Shown here one piece after another: positions 24,928 to 37,775 of a stretch of 64,000 nucleotides of DNA. Source of the stretch: Camelus ferus (Eukaryota); the NCBI RefSeq assembly GCF_009834535.1, contig NC_045696.1:4652001-4716000 (forward strand). Direction: 5' to 3'. Positions within the stretch are counted from its first letter, which is position 1. Each line of letters starts with the position of its first letter. A model generated the notes under the pieces. That model had not been told where the DNA came from. It saw only the letters and a program-made list of their open reading frames with translations, and did no database searches. A program made the position numbers and the translations under genes.

Positions 24928-27900
24928 CGAATGATAGGTAGATAGATGGATGATTCATAGATATATAGGTAGATATTCATCTGAACCCCAAACTGTGGAC
25001 AGGAAATGCCATTAACCACCATGGGATTCCAAATTTACCATGGACCAGAGCACATCAGAGAATCTTTCCAATAGGGCCAAGGGAAGAATTCATATGGTCA
25101 GAGGTTATTTCTTTGCTAAAAATCTGTAACCCTGCCAGAATTTAATTGCCTCAATTTTAATTAAATAGGTAGACACATGTGGTTTTGATTCTAAAAGACA
25201 CATTGGCAGATCTCTGTAGGCAAAGCGGTACTTGTGATCATTCTGCTCATTCTCTGCTGAAACCCTTCAGTCCCGGTTATTTCAAGATGCTTCACCCCCC
25301 TCCCCGAAAGGAGCGCTTAGGATTTCAAGTTGATTATTGCAGGGGCTTAAAGATAGAGCCTCATTTGGCCTATTATTAAACAGATGGGATGAGCACGCAG
25401 CCTTTGCAACTTCCTATTCATCTCAGTACTAAAATTTGTATTGTCTTTAGGACTAATATCTTAAATTCGTGATTTTATTTGATTCTTTATTCACCAATTT
25501 GAATATTATGGTTGATTACAAGTACATAATAGGACCTGTTTCTGTGATTGGCATTATCATTTTTCTGGTTAAATAGAGTGCCTCTTGGTCTGTTTCTGTT
25601 TTTCTTCCTTTTTTCCCCCACTAATTCCCTTTCACTTGTATTTCTCTGCACATACTGCAGGGGTGTCTCCAGGGGACCATAGTCTCCTTGTTCATGTTTC
25701 AGACTTGAAAGTAGTATTCAAATGCAGCCGTATTTTACAGATTGGCAATTTTGATATAATTAAGCTTCATGAATATGAAGATTTTCATAGAATTCCCACG
25801 GTGCCCCATGGTGAGGATTTGCAATAAAATTCCTTCTCGGCTCGCTGTGACCTATTAGAGTGTCAGTTGGGCTCAAGTGCAGCACCGCGTTTACTCAGAT
25901 GAAATGCAAACCACATATCAGTTCATCTTTGAGCCTTGGTAGGAGCTGTCTGAGAAGCGCTTTTGTCCAGAGGGCTTGACAAAAAATGAGAAGGCCTATA
26001 TCGTCACAGATCCGGGGACATTCAGGAATTAAATGCTAATGCTATGAACTTGAGAGGAGGTGACATTTGTGGAATTGCCTTTGTTATGATTTCTTCTTCT
26101 GTGATTGGCTTTGTCCTGCAAAATCTTGGGATGAGCCAACTTCTGTGTAACTGAACAGGGCTTCTTCCTCATAGACAGCTCTTTGGTGACAGCTCCAGTC
26201 AAGAAAGCTTTACCTGACCAATTTGTTCCCACCGTGTGACATCTTCTAAATTGGAGATGACTGTCGGCTTATTCTTGTTATTTTATTTACTTTTGTAAAT
26301 AGACAATGCATTCATTATTCAAAACTCAAAAAGTATAAAAAATTATATAGAGAAAATTATAGTCCCACCACAAGCCCCTCACGGCTCTGATCCCAGATGG
26401 GCATACCCTACCCTCAGATAGGTAGCTATGGCTATTCATTTCTTGTCTGTCCTTCCAGACATTTGTAAAAAGTGTTATCACTTTGTACCACTGGTACTTA
26501 CCAAACCAGCACAGCATTGGTTCTCCTGCTGAGCCCTCCCTAATCTAACTGCCACATTCTAGAAGATATGTTTCTGCCTGTCCACGTGGTTTCCAGGAAA
26601 TAGTAGCCAGGTTGCTTTAGGACTGAGGACACTTAAGTCCTCAGAGTCTGTGGTTACTCCTACTTTCATGCAGCTCTCTGGCTCTCTTGTTCTCAACTGA
26701 AAATAGAACCTTAGACTTGTTCCATTTCACTTTTTTTTTCAGTTTGAAAGGCACTTGAACTAGCCCCCTGATGTTGCTTTTTAACTCCCTTTACATTTGA
26801 AAAGAGTTGTATTCTCATTTATTTGCTTTTATTGTCTATGAAAATGGCCCAAATAATTAGGCCAACAGAGAATCGCATCTTAAGGGCTAATTATTGATGT
26901 ATTCCTCATGTCAGCCTGTAAGGAACCCCTGGGGATGGAAGATTAGGTAGGGTATCCCTGCCCCTGAAACAGCAGTGCTCATGACTCTGTAAGCTTCAGT
27001 CCTCTCAAGGTCACACAGAGCTGATCTACATTCTGTTATGGTCTAGAAAGAGACATCAGATCAGCTCACTGTTGCACAGACTTTCTTATAATATATATGA
27101 TTTGTCTAGAATAGGCATTTAAATTTTTTTGAAAACTTTATTAAGCAAGTATCTTAATTTTTAAAATAGTTACTTTTTTATGGATAGATATGAAATGATT
27201 GGGGTACTATACTTGCATTAAGGGTTAATGTATAATAGTGCTTTGTATGTAGTTGGCCTTAATATGCTTTGTCTAATGAAAAAACTGATGTATTCTCAAT
27301 TTTGATCTATAAGATAATATAAAATAAGATACATTCCACCATCATACCCTTACTTAAGCTGAGCTGATGGGATTCTGCCGGTTTCTATTTCTTGCTTTCC
27401 TCGCTGTGCGTCTGAAATCAGTAGGCATAGTCATTTTTGTCCCTATGTCATATGCAATTAAACTCTAGCCTTTAAATTGCCAACATCAAAGACAGCTAAG
27501 AAGAAAAATTATATTATTGCAATTCATTGTCTTGAGGTAGCAGCCACAACAAAATGATAGAGAAATGTGGCAGGAATGGCACAAAAATGATCCATCTTGT
27601 TCTTAAAAAAACAAAACAAAACAAGAAAAACATAGCAGGCTTGTGCGGACAAACACTTTTTGTATTAAACTGTCTAATAGGGCATTTCGGCTTCCCTGTC
27701 AGCTTGGGACTGGAGCGAAGAAATAACACACCGCTTGTTTGGCAGTGCAATTACTAATGGAGGAAGTGACAATAGCATTTGCTCATGCACAACAGGGCTT
27801 AGCTGTGAGGTTTGCAAAAGTAGATGAAAATTTTCCCTGTTAGGATTTTGAAGGGACCTGGAGGTCGTTAGCATTTGTGTATGAAAATAAAATAGAAATG

Positions 27901-28129
27901 TCAAGAAAGATAAAATATAGCCTTTAAAAGGGAGTAAAAATGATGAAATGAAATGAGAGTGATATTTTAGCTTCTGGAAGTAGGGAACAAGAAAGATGCA
28001 TTGTCCTTAAACATCTAGTTTCTGGCGGGATGTCTAACATGTGCTTCATGCCTTGGACTGCACACTGCAGGAAGCCTGGAGCCAGGGGCTCTCTTCTCCT
28101 CTGGTTGCTTAAAGCAGTGATCACATTTC

Positions 28130-28234
28130 CATGTTTATCTCCCTGTCTAAACTGAGAGCACCTTGATGGCAGAGGGGATACTTTAATTCACGGCTGCATC
28201 TTAACTTCTGGACCAGAGGCTGGTACTTACTAAG
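28130..28234 (+). mobile_element. L2 3' end, interrupted by the MLT1D LTR
   Basis: TTATCTCCC..AACTGAGAGCACCTTGATGGCAGAG..GGCTGGTACTTACTAAG resumes as CAATCAAAATG after 28733. Confidence 0.65.
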
Positions 28235-28728
28235 TGTGTTCAGCAGAATAATTAGTCCCAAGGATGCCAATATCCTCATTTTCAGGACTTGTGATTATGT
28301 AAGCTTACAGGGCAAAAGGGACTTTGTGCAGATGTGATTAAGGTCCTTGAGATGGGGAGAGTACTCTGGATTATACGGGTGGGCCTGATGTAATCACAAG
28401 GGTCCTTATAAGGCAAAGAGGGGGCAGGAGGGCCAGACTCTTTCAAGAGAGGCAAGGTGATAAGGAATCAGCCTGTCATGCTGGATTTGAAGATCGAGAA
28501 AGGGGCCACAAGGCAAGGAATGCAGGCAACCTTTTGAAGTTGGAAAAGGCAGGGAACAGACTTTCCCTTGGAGCCTTCCGAAGGAACACACCCCTGCCCA
28601 CACCTTGATTTTAGCCCAGTGATACCATTTAGGATTCTGCTCTCTAAATCCATAAGATACTAAATTTGTGTTGTTTTAAGCCACAAGGTTGTGGTGATTT
28701 GTTGCAACCACAAGAGGAAACTGATACA
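28235..28728 (+). mobile_element. Full-length MaLR solo LTR, MLT1D-like
   Basis: TG..CA termini; GGCAAAAGGGACTTTGTGCAGATGTGATTAAG, GGGCCTGATGTAATCACAAGGGTCCTTATAAG, AAGGAATGCAGGC, GGAAACTGATACA; 5 bp TSD CTAAG/ATAAG. Confidence 0.92.
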
Positions 28729-29024
28729 ATAAGCAATCAAAATGGGCTGGATATCCTTGCTGCACATCAGCTGTGACATGCCGGGACCAAAGCAGTGTCA
28801 GGAAATGCTGCCGGTGATCCTGCGCCAACACTGGAACACTGAACACACACTTCCACAAACACAGCCTAGAAATCCATTTCTACTTAAGTTGCTAAATGGG
28901 GCTTGATCTTGCACATCTAATGTTTGTGTTCATCTGCCTGATAGTCAATATGATTTGTAAGGAAAAACAAAAAGATTTTCCCTTAGGATTATTGCCTAGG
29001 TGACTGGGTTAAAAAAACTTTAAC

Positions 29025-29360
29025 TTTTTTTTTTTTAATTGAAATATAGCTTTCTTTTTTTATTGAAATATAGCCAGTTTACAATGTTGTGTCAATTTCT
29101 GGGGTACAGCACAAGGCTTCAGTCATTCATGAACATACATACATTTGTTTTAATATTCTTTTTAACCATAAGCTCTACAAGATATCGAATATAGTTCCCT
29201 GTGCTATACAGTATAAACTTGTTTATCTATTTCATATATACCAGTCAGTATCTGCAGATCTCAAACTTCCAATTTATCCCTTCCCACTCCTTCCCCGCTA
29301 GTAACCTTAAGTTTGTTTTCTATGTCTGTGAGTCTGTTTCTGTTTCGTAAATAAGTTCCA
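29025..29360 (-). mobile_element. LINE-1 3' end (artiodactyl/camelid type)
   Basis: Poly(T), then TTTACAATGTTGTGTCAATTTCTGG..ATAGTTCCCTGTGCTATACAG..TTCTATGTCTGTGAGTCTGTTTCTG. Confidence 0.93.
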
Positions 29361-29989
29361 CATGAGTTTTATTCATATGCTATTTTTCTTTCTTAAAAAA
29401 CTAAAAATTTTTAATGTATGTAATAGATGTGTATCTTAAGCCACAAGCATAGCATGTGTTAGAACTGGTATTTTATTTTTGTATAGCTCAACTTAATTTG
29501 TAACATATACTGAATTACCCCAGATGGTGGAACCTGAATGTATGTAGTTCGTGATGATCATATTCAGTTCAGGGATTGCTCAGTCAATTTGGGGTCTCCT
29601 CCAGCCTCCATCTAGGGGACTTCTACTGTGTTCAGCAGTTCAACCTGAAACTGATGCATTAGAGCAGGGAGCTGGAGGATATGGACTTCTCTGCATCACT
29701 GATGACAATCCGTGATCACCCTCAGCAGCTGCTGGATCTTTCATACTCCCGTCAGTCTCAGCAGATTGCCTGTGGCCTCGTGTGGTCTTAACTATTAATT
29801 TAATGCCTCTCCAGAAAGGGTTCTCTCACAGCTTCTGTGGCCCTGTACTCTGAAAATGCCTGATTGCTCACCACACCCAATGGAGGTAGGCACTCTGAGG
29901 CTGTCCCAACTGGACACACTAAAGTTGTTGTCTTTTCTCTACTGCTTCCAGGCCATGTTGTCAAGCAGAACCCAAATAGGAAAGTCAGG

Positions 29990-30130
29990 CTCTGTTGAGG
30001 TCCCCAGGAGCATTCCCAGGTTTGGCAATTACTGAAAGGACCCATGGATTTCTGAAAAGCTGTTCTTCTCAGGTTATAGTTTACAGTGAGAGGATTCAGA
30101 TTAAAACAGCAAAGGACAGAGCATACAGTG
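29990..30130 (-). mobile_element. MER21-group LTR fragment
   Basis: GTCCCCAGGAGCATTCCCAGGTTTG..TTACAGTGAGAGGATTCAGATTAAAACAGCAAAGG resembles the start of the 4250-4662 element. Confidence 0.6.
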
Positions 30131-33100
30131 GAGGAGAAAGAATGGCGCGCACTAAATGGGGATGTGTGGGCCCAGAGGACATGACAAGATCAGATGGTAG
30201 GGACAGCTCTCTCCTCTTGTGTTTGTTCCTTGTTAAGGAGGAAAACCTTGTCCCAAGCACCTAGAAGATGTCCCCCTTTTATCTCACTGGCCAGAATTGG
30301 GTCACAGGCCCACCTAGATCAACCACTGACAGAGGGATTTAGTTTGGTGTGTTTGATTTAAATAAAATATAATTCATCCCCTAAAACAGTATATTTCCTT
30401 CAAAACTAAATTGAGATAGCTCTTAGGTAATCAATCAATAATGTCTGATATAGAAAAAATACAGGGTATAATACACTACAGCCCTGGTTAAGCTGCAGTA
30501 GAGTTTGCAGTTGACAAGATAATTTAAATCTTTAAATGACCAAGTAACTCTACTCCAAGGACTTCTCATCATTCTTCAGGTTGGAAGAAACAAGTGAGTT
30601 GCTTTTACAAGTGTAAATCAGAGAGGTGGGAAATGATTGTTGAGATGATGCAGATGAGATACGAGCAAATATCCTGGCCTTACCTCTTTTCAAATGAGAA
30701 CCAAGACTTGTCAGTGCTTAGAGCAGTTCATGGCCTTATATCAAGGCTCTCGGGACCGAACAAGGATGTGTGAACTTTTGAATCAAATAGGAGGCTCACG
30801 AGAAGCAAATTTCATAATCTTCTGCTGCTATTTTTAAAGATTCCATTAGCTCCTGCCATCATAATTATGCTCAGCAATTTACTGAGGACCCTCAAAACCT
30901 GGCAGCCTTACACATTATGATTCAAAACCAAACCTAGTTGGGCTGTCCCTGCAAGAGCTGCTTCTCCCTGAGATGGATCTGTATGCCCAGAGTTTGGAGC
31001 TGAATACCTGAACTGCAGAACCTGTGGCTTGTGTGCACCCAAAGCTGCCCCACCGTCCCAGCCGTACTGTTCCAGGAGAGGCTGGGCTCTTCCTCCAGGC
31101 CAGGTTGTGCTGCGGCTCCTGAGCTGGACAGCTGGTTGGCAGTGGGAACCTGGGAAAGCTCCTAAACTAAGCTCCTGCCTTACCTACTCCCTGGTCACTC
31201 CTCTTCCCGACATCCCCATTAACATTCTCGCACATTCAAGGCTTCCTTCTTGGAGCCAGGCATGATGTCATGGGTAAAAATGGACTAAATACCTCCACCC
31301 CTGACAGGTAATAAGCATCCTCACTTAGCTGGAGCGAAAGCACTTAGTTAATGATAAGTAGAAATGTTGCCTCAAGCATCATGCAAAAATATGATGGGTA
31401 GGTGATAAATGCTTGCAGATGCTTGGATGAAAACAAAGCCTTCCTCCAAAAGAAAAGGTATTTGTTTTTGGTGTTTGACCTCTGGAAGCAGTTCAATTCA
31501 AAAGGAGACAAGAAAAGTCCCCATCTGTGATTCCGCGGCACCACATAAAGTGGTATGTGGCCACTGCCTATTCCTCACCCCCCCACCCCCATCACCCGCA
31601 GTGAGCTGTGTTCTGCCCTGGTGAGAGTCCCACCTCCCCCTCTGGGCTTCTCACCCCTGCTGTTGGAGCTCACGGCACACTGGAAGTAGCAAGGAAGGCT
31701 ATCAGAGCCACTGCCTCTCCAGCTGTGCACACGGAGCAAAGGCCACTTTCTTCTCCACGTCTCCTTCCAGCAGGCGATGCCTACAGGTAGAACAGGTGAA
31801 GCAAAGTGAAGTGCAAAGTGGAACTGGTATCAACCAAACCGAGAGGGGACACCTGGCCTGTGGTGCACTTGGGCTCCACTTAACCTTCCTGCACAGCTTC
31901 TCTCTCTAGTGACCTTACAGGTCACCTCCCAGACTTCTTCCTAGACCACCTCTAACATAGAACTGCCTGGTCACATGGTTCTCAATCACTGCTTACTCTT
32001 GTTCTCATTTCCAGGCTGTTGTATTGAGGTTTCATTGCCAGGGCAAAAGGGACAATATATTTAGAGCAGACAATATATTCAACTGATACACAGTGTGCAA
32101 TATAACATTACCTATGGTTATATATTCTTTAAAATGTTCTTCTGTAGCACTTAATAAACAGAAATAGTCTACTAATTGAGACTACAAAGGATCTAATGGC
32201 ATTGCCCCATGGAGGCCACAGAGGTAGTGAGGTTCTGGGAGTAGGGCTGTCTTAGATGGGGACAGAGATGAAGGTTAGAGGCAGGGTGTGTGCGATGCCA
32301 CTGCTGCTCTGAGGGTGTCCAGAGGTGGTGGGACAGCAAAATAGGTGAGGGGCTGAAGGCAACATTGGGGAATTAGGCTTGGGGCCGAGACACCAGTCTT
32401 TTAAGTCTAGTTGATACGGAAATTCCTGGCATCTGGGGGGCACATCCAGCCAAAACACCTGCTCTGCAGCCAGGTGCAGGGGCCTAACCACTGTCGACTT
32501 CTGGGGAGGTGATGAAAGTGTATGATGCCTAGTCATGGCTCAGCTAGGGGCACAGTTCATCTGGGGACAGTCTCGGCAAATGAACCCTCACACTGGCAGT
32601 TTGTAAAAATCAGAAGTGTAAGGACTTAGTGAACAATTGGTGCTATAGTTTTAGTCACTTGCTGAGAGGTTTTACTGTGTGTGTGCGCATGTGCATGTAT
32701 GTGTGCAGATACATATGTATGTATATACATATGTATATATATATAGTCAAAGAAAAAGATTGGAGAAAATTTTTTAATTTTTACTTAATTAATAATTTAT
32801 ACAATTATATGGGTTATTGAATATTTTAATATCACCCCTGTACAGTGTGGTAGTTACCAACTCTTTTATTCTACTTTTTCAAAATCCTAATTTTAACTGT
32901 TGCAAGAATGCAAAATATACCAGTTTGTTATCTCTGTTTTTCCATTTATTTTTCTTCTCAGTCTGCACATGTTCTCATGCATGCACCGACTTACCAACTT
33001 ACCTCATTTTGTTTCTCCAGCAAACGTTAATGTCTGCCCACTGCACATTGTTGGGTGGCACTTCCAATCTGCAAGACTCACATGCTTGGATCATTCCAGA

Positions 33101-34980
33101 AAATCTGGATATTTGAAAGCAGCAGGATGATGTTCAGTGCCTTATTTTTCATGCCAATGAATGGTATCACATAAACCAGCCAAATTTGGTTAGTGTTGAA
33201 AGTCTTTTCTGAGTTTCTGAGTCAGGAAAAAATAAGTAGCTGTCACATACTGTAATATGATGAGTTTTGAAGATGAACATTTGCATAAGGTATATTTTGA
33301 ATGGACATGATATTTCACTTGATGTGTAGTTTATATTCTAACTCTGCCAAAGGTTCTGTTTTGTAACTATGCTGGCACTGTTAAATCTTTGTCCTGTCCC
33401 TACAAATTTTGCCGTTTTAGACCCTGGAGTATGGTTTAGGTACTGGAATTTCTCCAAGGTCAGTCAGAAACTTATTTAATAATAATAAAAACTTACATAA
33501 AATTTATAATAAATACATCAAATGTTACTTGGTGTTTAATCAGATTTTTTGAACTATTAGTTTGGGAACATTTAATAGGCTATTTTTATAGTTGTTTTCT
33601 TAAATATGTCCGATAGAGAAACATTACAGAAGTTTCAAGAACATTTTGTAGAAATGAGGATATAAATATAATTACCAGAGAAACATAGGGTCTAGGCAAA
33701 GATTGTTGCATTTATAATTTAGGAGCAATTGACTGGCTTTTCCAAGTTGTAATTATAGTATACACATCTCTACAGTAACATTTGGCTGATGTCAGTCCTG
33801 TGAATTTCAACAACTCCTTCAATGCAGACACCGATACAATGATGGTTAAAGGATCAGGAAACTTAACCTCACAGTGATAAATTAGCATAACCCAGGGAGT
33901 AGTCGTAGCTGGAACTTTTCCTCCTTTGAAAACCCAGAGCAGAGTTTCAACAGCTTTGTGTCTCTACAATGTTATAGATTCTCAGCAAGAATGCATAGGG
34001 TCATAGCTTAGAGCAAAGAGAAACTTTGCAAGAAAACCTGGGGTCCGTACCGGAGCATGACTTCCCATCACGTGTGGGAGGTGAGGCACGCAGCTCCTCA
34101 GCAGCCCTTGTTCGGGATTCGGGGGACAGTCCAGTACCCCCTGGGGAGTCTGGTCCCTGGCCTTGGGAGCAAGGTGTGCTAACCCCCTGAAATTTAACCA
34201 CACACGAGCTCTCTACCACATTTATTCCATGTTCCATTTTCTCCTGTAATCTTTTCTGCTTGCTGACTTTCCTTTTAGATACTTTCTATTTGAGGTTAAT
34301 ATTTCTGTTACTTCTAAATGTTTCACCCAAGGAAGAAAAACTAGATAAACTCAGAGCAAAGAAACCGTATGACGTTGTCAGTGGGCAACAGAAACCGACT
34401 CTAGTCTGAGCCAAAGCCTCAGTATTTCTCCTTGGGAACAAGAAATCAGAGTTCAGGAGATCAGGTGAACACCCACTTCTTTCAGTGATTTTTGAGGTAA
34501 TTCAGTTCTGGGCCTTTACTCCACCCATAATGTCTCTCTTTTCCCAGCTGGCTTCCTTCATTAGAACAGTCTCTTGGCCCTTTATCCCTGGCCTTGGCCC
34601 TTTATCCCCAGCCTCCTCTCTGATAAGGCTATCTCTTTAGTTAATGCAGTTAATGTTCTAGCCCGAAGCCCACGGGGTTATAACTGATGTGCAGTTTTCA
34701 TCATCATTGACCACTCTGCACCTGTTACACTTTTTGGAGGAAATACCTTTAATGCCACAGATTGTTCAAATAATCCATTGGATGTGGGATATTCCATGAA
34801 CAAAACAAAGTATGTTTTAGTTTGAATGGCATTTTCTTTCCTTCTTCCAGCCTTCCCTCCTTCTCTTCCTCATGAAATATCTTTAGTTTACCAAGAAACC
34901 ATGATGAATACTCTTTCGTGTTTGAGGTTCCATTTCTCCCTCTTGCTAAATTGAGTGGGCTTTAAGAGTGAACAGGATAA

Positions 34981-35061
34981 GGGGGAGGATATAGCTCAGT
35001 GGCAGAGCCTGGGCTTAGCATGCATGTGAAGTCCTGGGTGCAATCCCTAGTACCGCCATTA
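34981..35061 (+). mobile_element. tRNA-Ala-derived SINE (camelid Vic-1-like)
   Basis: GGGGAGGATATAGCTCAGTGGCAGAGC (A box), GCTTAGCATGCA (Ala AGC anticodon arm), GGGTGCAATCCC (mutated B box); possible degenerate TSD AGTGAACAGGATAA/AGTGAATGGGGTAA. Confidence 0.85.
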
Positions 35062-36361
35062 GAGGCGGGGGGAGAGAGAAGTGAATGGGGTAAAATAACT
35101 GTATAATAAGCACATGGTATCTAGGCCCTCGACCCAATTATCACTAAATGTGACAGTGTTTTGCAAATTATGGGAATGTTTGCCCCAGACAAAGGAAAGT
35201 AATGTGAGCTTATCACATAAAACAGGAAGGAAGGACCTTGTGATCTTGGGGCCTGGCCATGGGATTTGGGGCCTCTTCTCACCCACTCACTCTCCTGTTA
35301 CCAGTAAATCTAAGTTGGGATCCTTATATTTAGAGCTAAGGTAACTGACTAGGGGATGCCTCAGAAAGAACAGTGCACACGCACCACATTATTCCATAAA
35401 TAATGCTTTCACCGCTTTCCCATGGTTCAATTAACAGCCTTCTACACTCTAGCTAAATTTCATCTATACGTATCATCATCTCTAATAAAATCTTTTTCTC
35501 TTGGTTCATGGTTTATGTCACTCTTTGTTAGCGACTTCAGATTTGATCATTGCATCTTTTGTGGCTTTGAGTGCCTGTGTAGCACATTAAATCATCAAAA
35601 CCATGAGAGACGGTGCTGATTGTTATTTCTGTGCCCAAGAACGTTTTCCTTAATTGCTGTAGCTTCCAGGACATCAAACAACCATCGAAGTGGGAAGAAA
35701 GGGGAAATATTAGGGAGAAAACATGCAGGAAGAGAGTATAAACTCTTCATGAAAGACTCCATTATACTGTTACACTAGGAAAATGTCACTGAAGTGACAG
35801 CTCCTGGTGTGTGCATCTGTGGCCAAACCTGAAGCCTGAACAAAACACAGCTTTTTTTCCCCCATGGATCCATATTTGTACAATGTAATAAAAGAATATG
35901 AGGGTCTGGCTTCTAGTTACCTCAAAAATAATTTTTAAAATCTTGCAGCTTTATTTTTTAATCTATTTTTAAACGAAACAAGCATTGTAAATCCCGTCAG
36001 ATGTTAAACTGTACCTCTCATCCTTTCGTATTCTGGGCTTTTCACGTTTGTGTCCACACTAAGAGAGGCCCAGCTGCAGATAAATTGCTTCAGTCTTCCC
36101 CCAAACACTATTCGCTGAAGTGAGAAGTGTCATAAAATTCAGGTTTGGCTTTACGCTCTTACTAGAAAGGGGTAGTTCATTGGCCCACTGCGTACTATTC
36201 ACAGGTTCTTCTTGGTCTGCCAGGAGGTGAAATCTAAGTGGAGTTCTAAAACCACCGTCATGCTGAATCCCTGTCTTGGAACAACCGAATCAGATTCTCT
36301 GGGCTGGGCTTTGGGAACTTGGGAGTTTAACAAGGTCCACAATGATTGCTGCTTTTCTTCT

Positions 36362-36698
36362 CACTTAATTTTTTCCAGTTTTATTGAGGAATCAGTAACA
36401 TACACCAATGTGCAGTTTAAGGTACACTGCATGATGGTTTGATTTACATATAATGTGATTAGCACAATGAGTTTAGTTACTATCCATCGTCTTCTATAGA
36501 TACAATAAAAAGAAAAGAAAAGAAAAAGTTCTTTTTGGGATGAGGATTCTTAGGGTCTGCTTTCTTAACAGCTTTGTTAACATACAAACACAGCATACAG
36601 CTGTGTTAACATTGTGCTTCACGTCCCTAGGGCTTATCTTATAACTGGAAGTGTGTACCTTCTGGCCACCATCCTCCAGTTCTCCCTTCCTACCCCTG
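36362..36698 (-). mobile_element. LINE-1 3' end (L1MA9-like/laurasiatherian) nested in a MER5 relic
   Basis: CAGTTTTATTGAG..TTTAAGGTACAC..ATGATGGTTTGA..TATCTTATAACTGGAAGTGTGTACCT; MER5-like sequence on both sides (~36270-36350 and ~36700-36735) with ACAATGA repeated at both junctions. Confidence 0.82.
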
Positions 36699-36952
36699 AC
36701 AATGACTCTTATGCACAATGAGGCTGGTGGTCTCTAGAGCAAATGTGGACCAAGTGGAGTCAGCTCAGGTTCCTCCTCCATCCACCGCCCATCTGCTCAC
36801 ACATCCGTTAGAAAATGTTTCACTCTGCTCCAGATACTGCGCTAGGTGCTGGAGATGCAAGACCGCCAGGTACCTGTAATCACAGAGCCCCAGTTCTAGT
36901 CTTATCACAGCAAATATAACCCCCTCATTGGCTTCGCAGGGTCCTTGGCCCC

Positions 36953-37370
36953 CTGGTTCCCAGACTCATGGCCAGCATATCACCGTCACAGGGGAGCTGA
37001 TCAAAAAGCTTCCTCGAGATTTGCAGATACACACTACTATATATAAAATAGATACATAGCAGGTGTCTTCTGTATAGCACAAGGAACTATATTCAATATC
37101 TTGTAGTAATCTATAATGAAAAAGGATATGAAAAGGAATATATGTATGTATGTGTATGAGTGAAACAGTATGCTGTACACCAGAAATGGACACAGCATTG
37201 CAAACTGACTGTGCTTCAATAGTATTTTTAAAAAAAAGCTTCCTCCTGACCTCATCATTCACCTCCAGAACCAGAACCTCCTGTGACTGGGGGCAGAAAT
37301 ATTTATGTTTTTGGAAGCTCTGCAGGTGATTCTGAGGCAGGTGGGCTGGAAGTTGGAGTTCTAGACCACA
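36953..37370. mobile_element. MER5-family hAT relic split by an L1 insertion
   Basis: GGTTCCCAGAC..GGGGAGCTGATCAAAAA on the left; CCAGAACCTCCTG..AGCTCTGCAGGTGATTCTGAGGCAG on the right. Confidence 0.6.
37016..37232 (+). mobile_element. Short 5'-truncated LINE-1 3' end
   Basis: L1 3'UTR (GATTTGCAGATAC..TATATAAAATAGATA..CTGTATAGCACAAGGAACTATATTCAATATCTTG); perfect 13 bp TSD AAAAAGCTTCCTC at 37003-37015 and 37233-37245. Confidence 0.95.
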
Positions 37371-37569
37371 GCTCTTTCCAATTTCATCTCTCACTGCTTC
37401 TCACAGGATGTGGTGCAGTCCTTCCCTGCCACCTGCTCCCACAGCACTGCAGTGCTGTTCTCCTCCCCATTTCTTCACTCTGTACATCAGCATCGGCCTC
37501 TCATCATCTGTGAAGCCTACTTTGTGGCTAAAGCCAATACTGAGATTTTCATCTCTGAGTTCTTTCTGG

Positions 37570-37775
37570 GTAGTGGGGTCCAAAAGCCAGGATTCAGCTG
37601 TATCATTACATGTGTGACCCTGGACAAATTACTTCCCCTCTCTGAGCCTCCACTGTCCCATCCAAGAGCCAACACATTAATAATAATTCAGATGTTGTAG
37701 AGATGTCAGAAGGATAAATAGGAGAATGTCTACAAATCATTCTGTGGAGTATTGGCACCCAGTAGGAGTGCGTCC
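37570..37775 (+). mobile_element. MIR SINE
   Basis: TGTGTGACCCTGGACAAATTACTTCCCCTCTCTGAGCCTC core; TGGCACCCAGTAGGAGTGC 3' end. Confidence 0.75.

Noticed and set aside
34981..35061. Possible tRNA-Ala(AGC) gene
   Set aside because: B box mutated (GGTGCAA), acceptor and anticodon stems disrupted, extra 5' G-rich leader, no T-run terminator; a related copy with a TSD at 61360 shows it is a SINE
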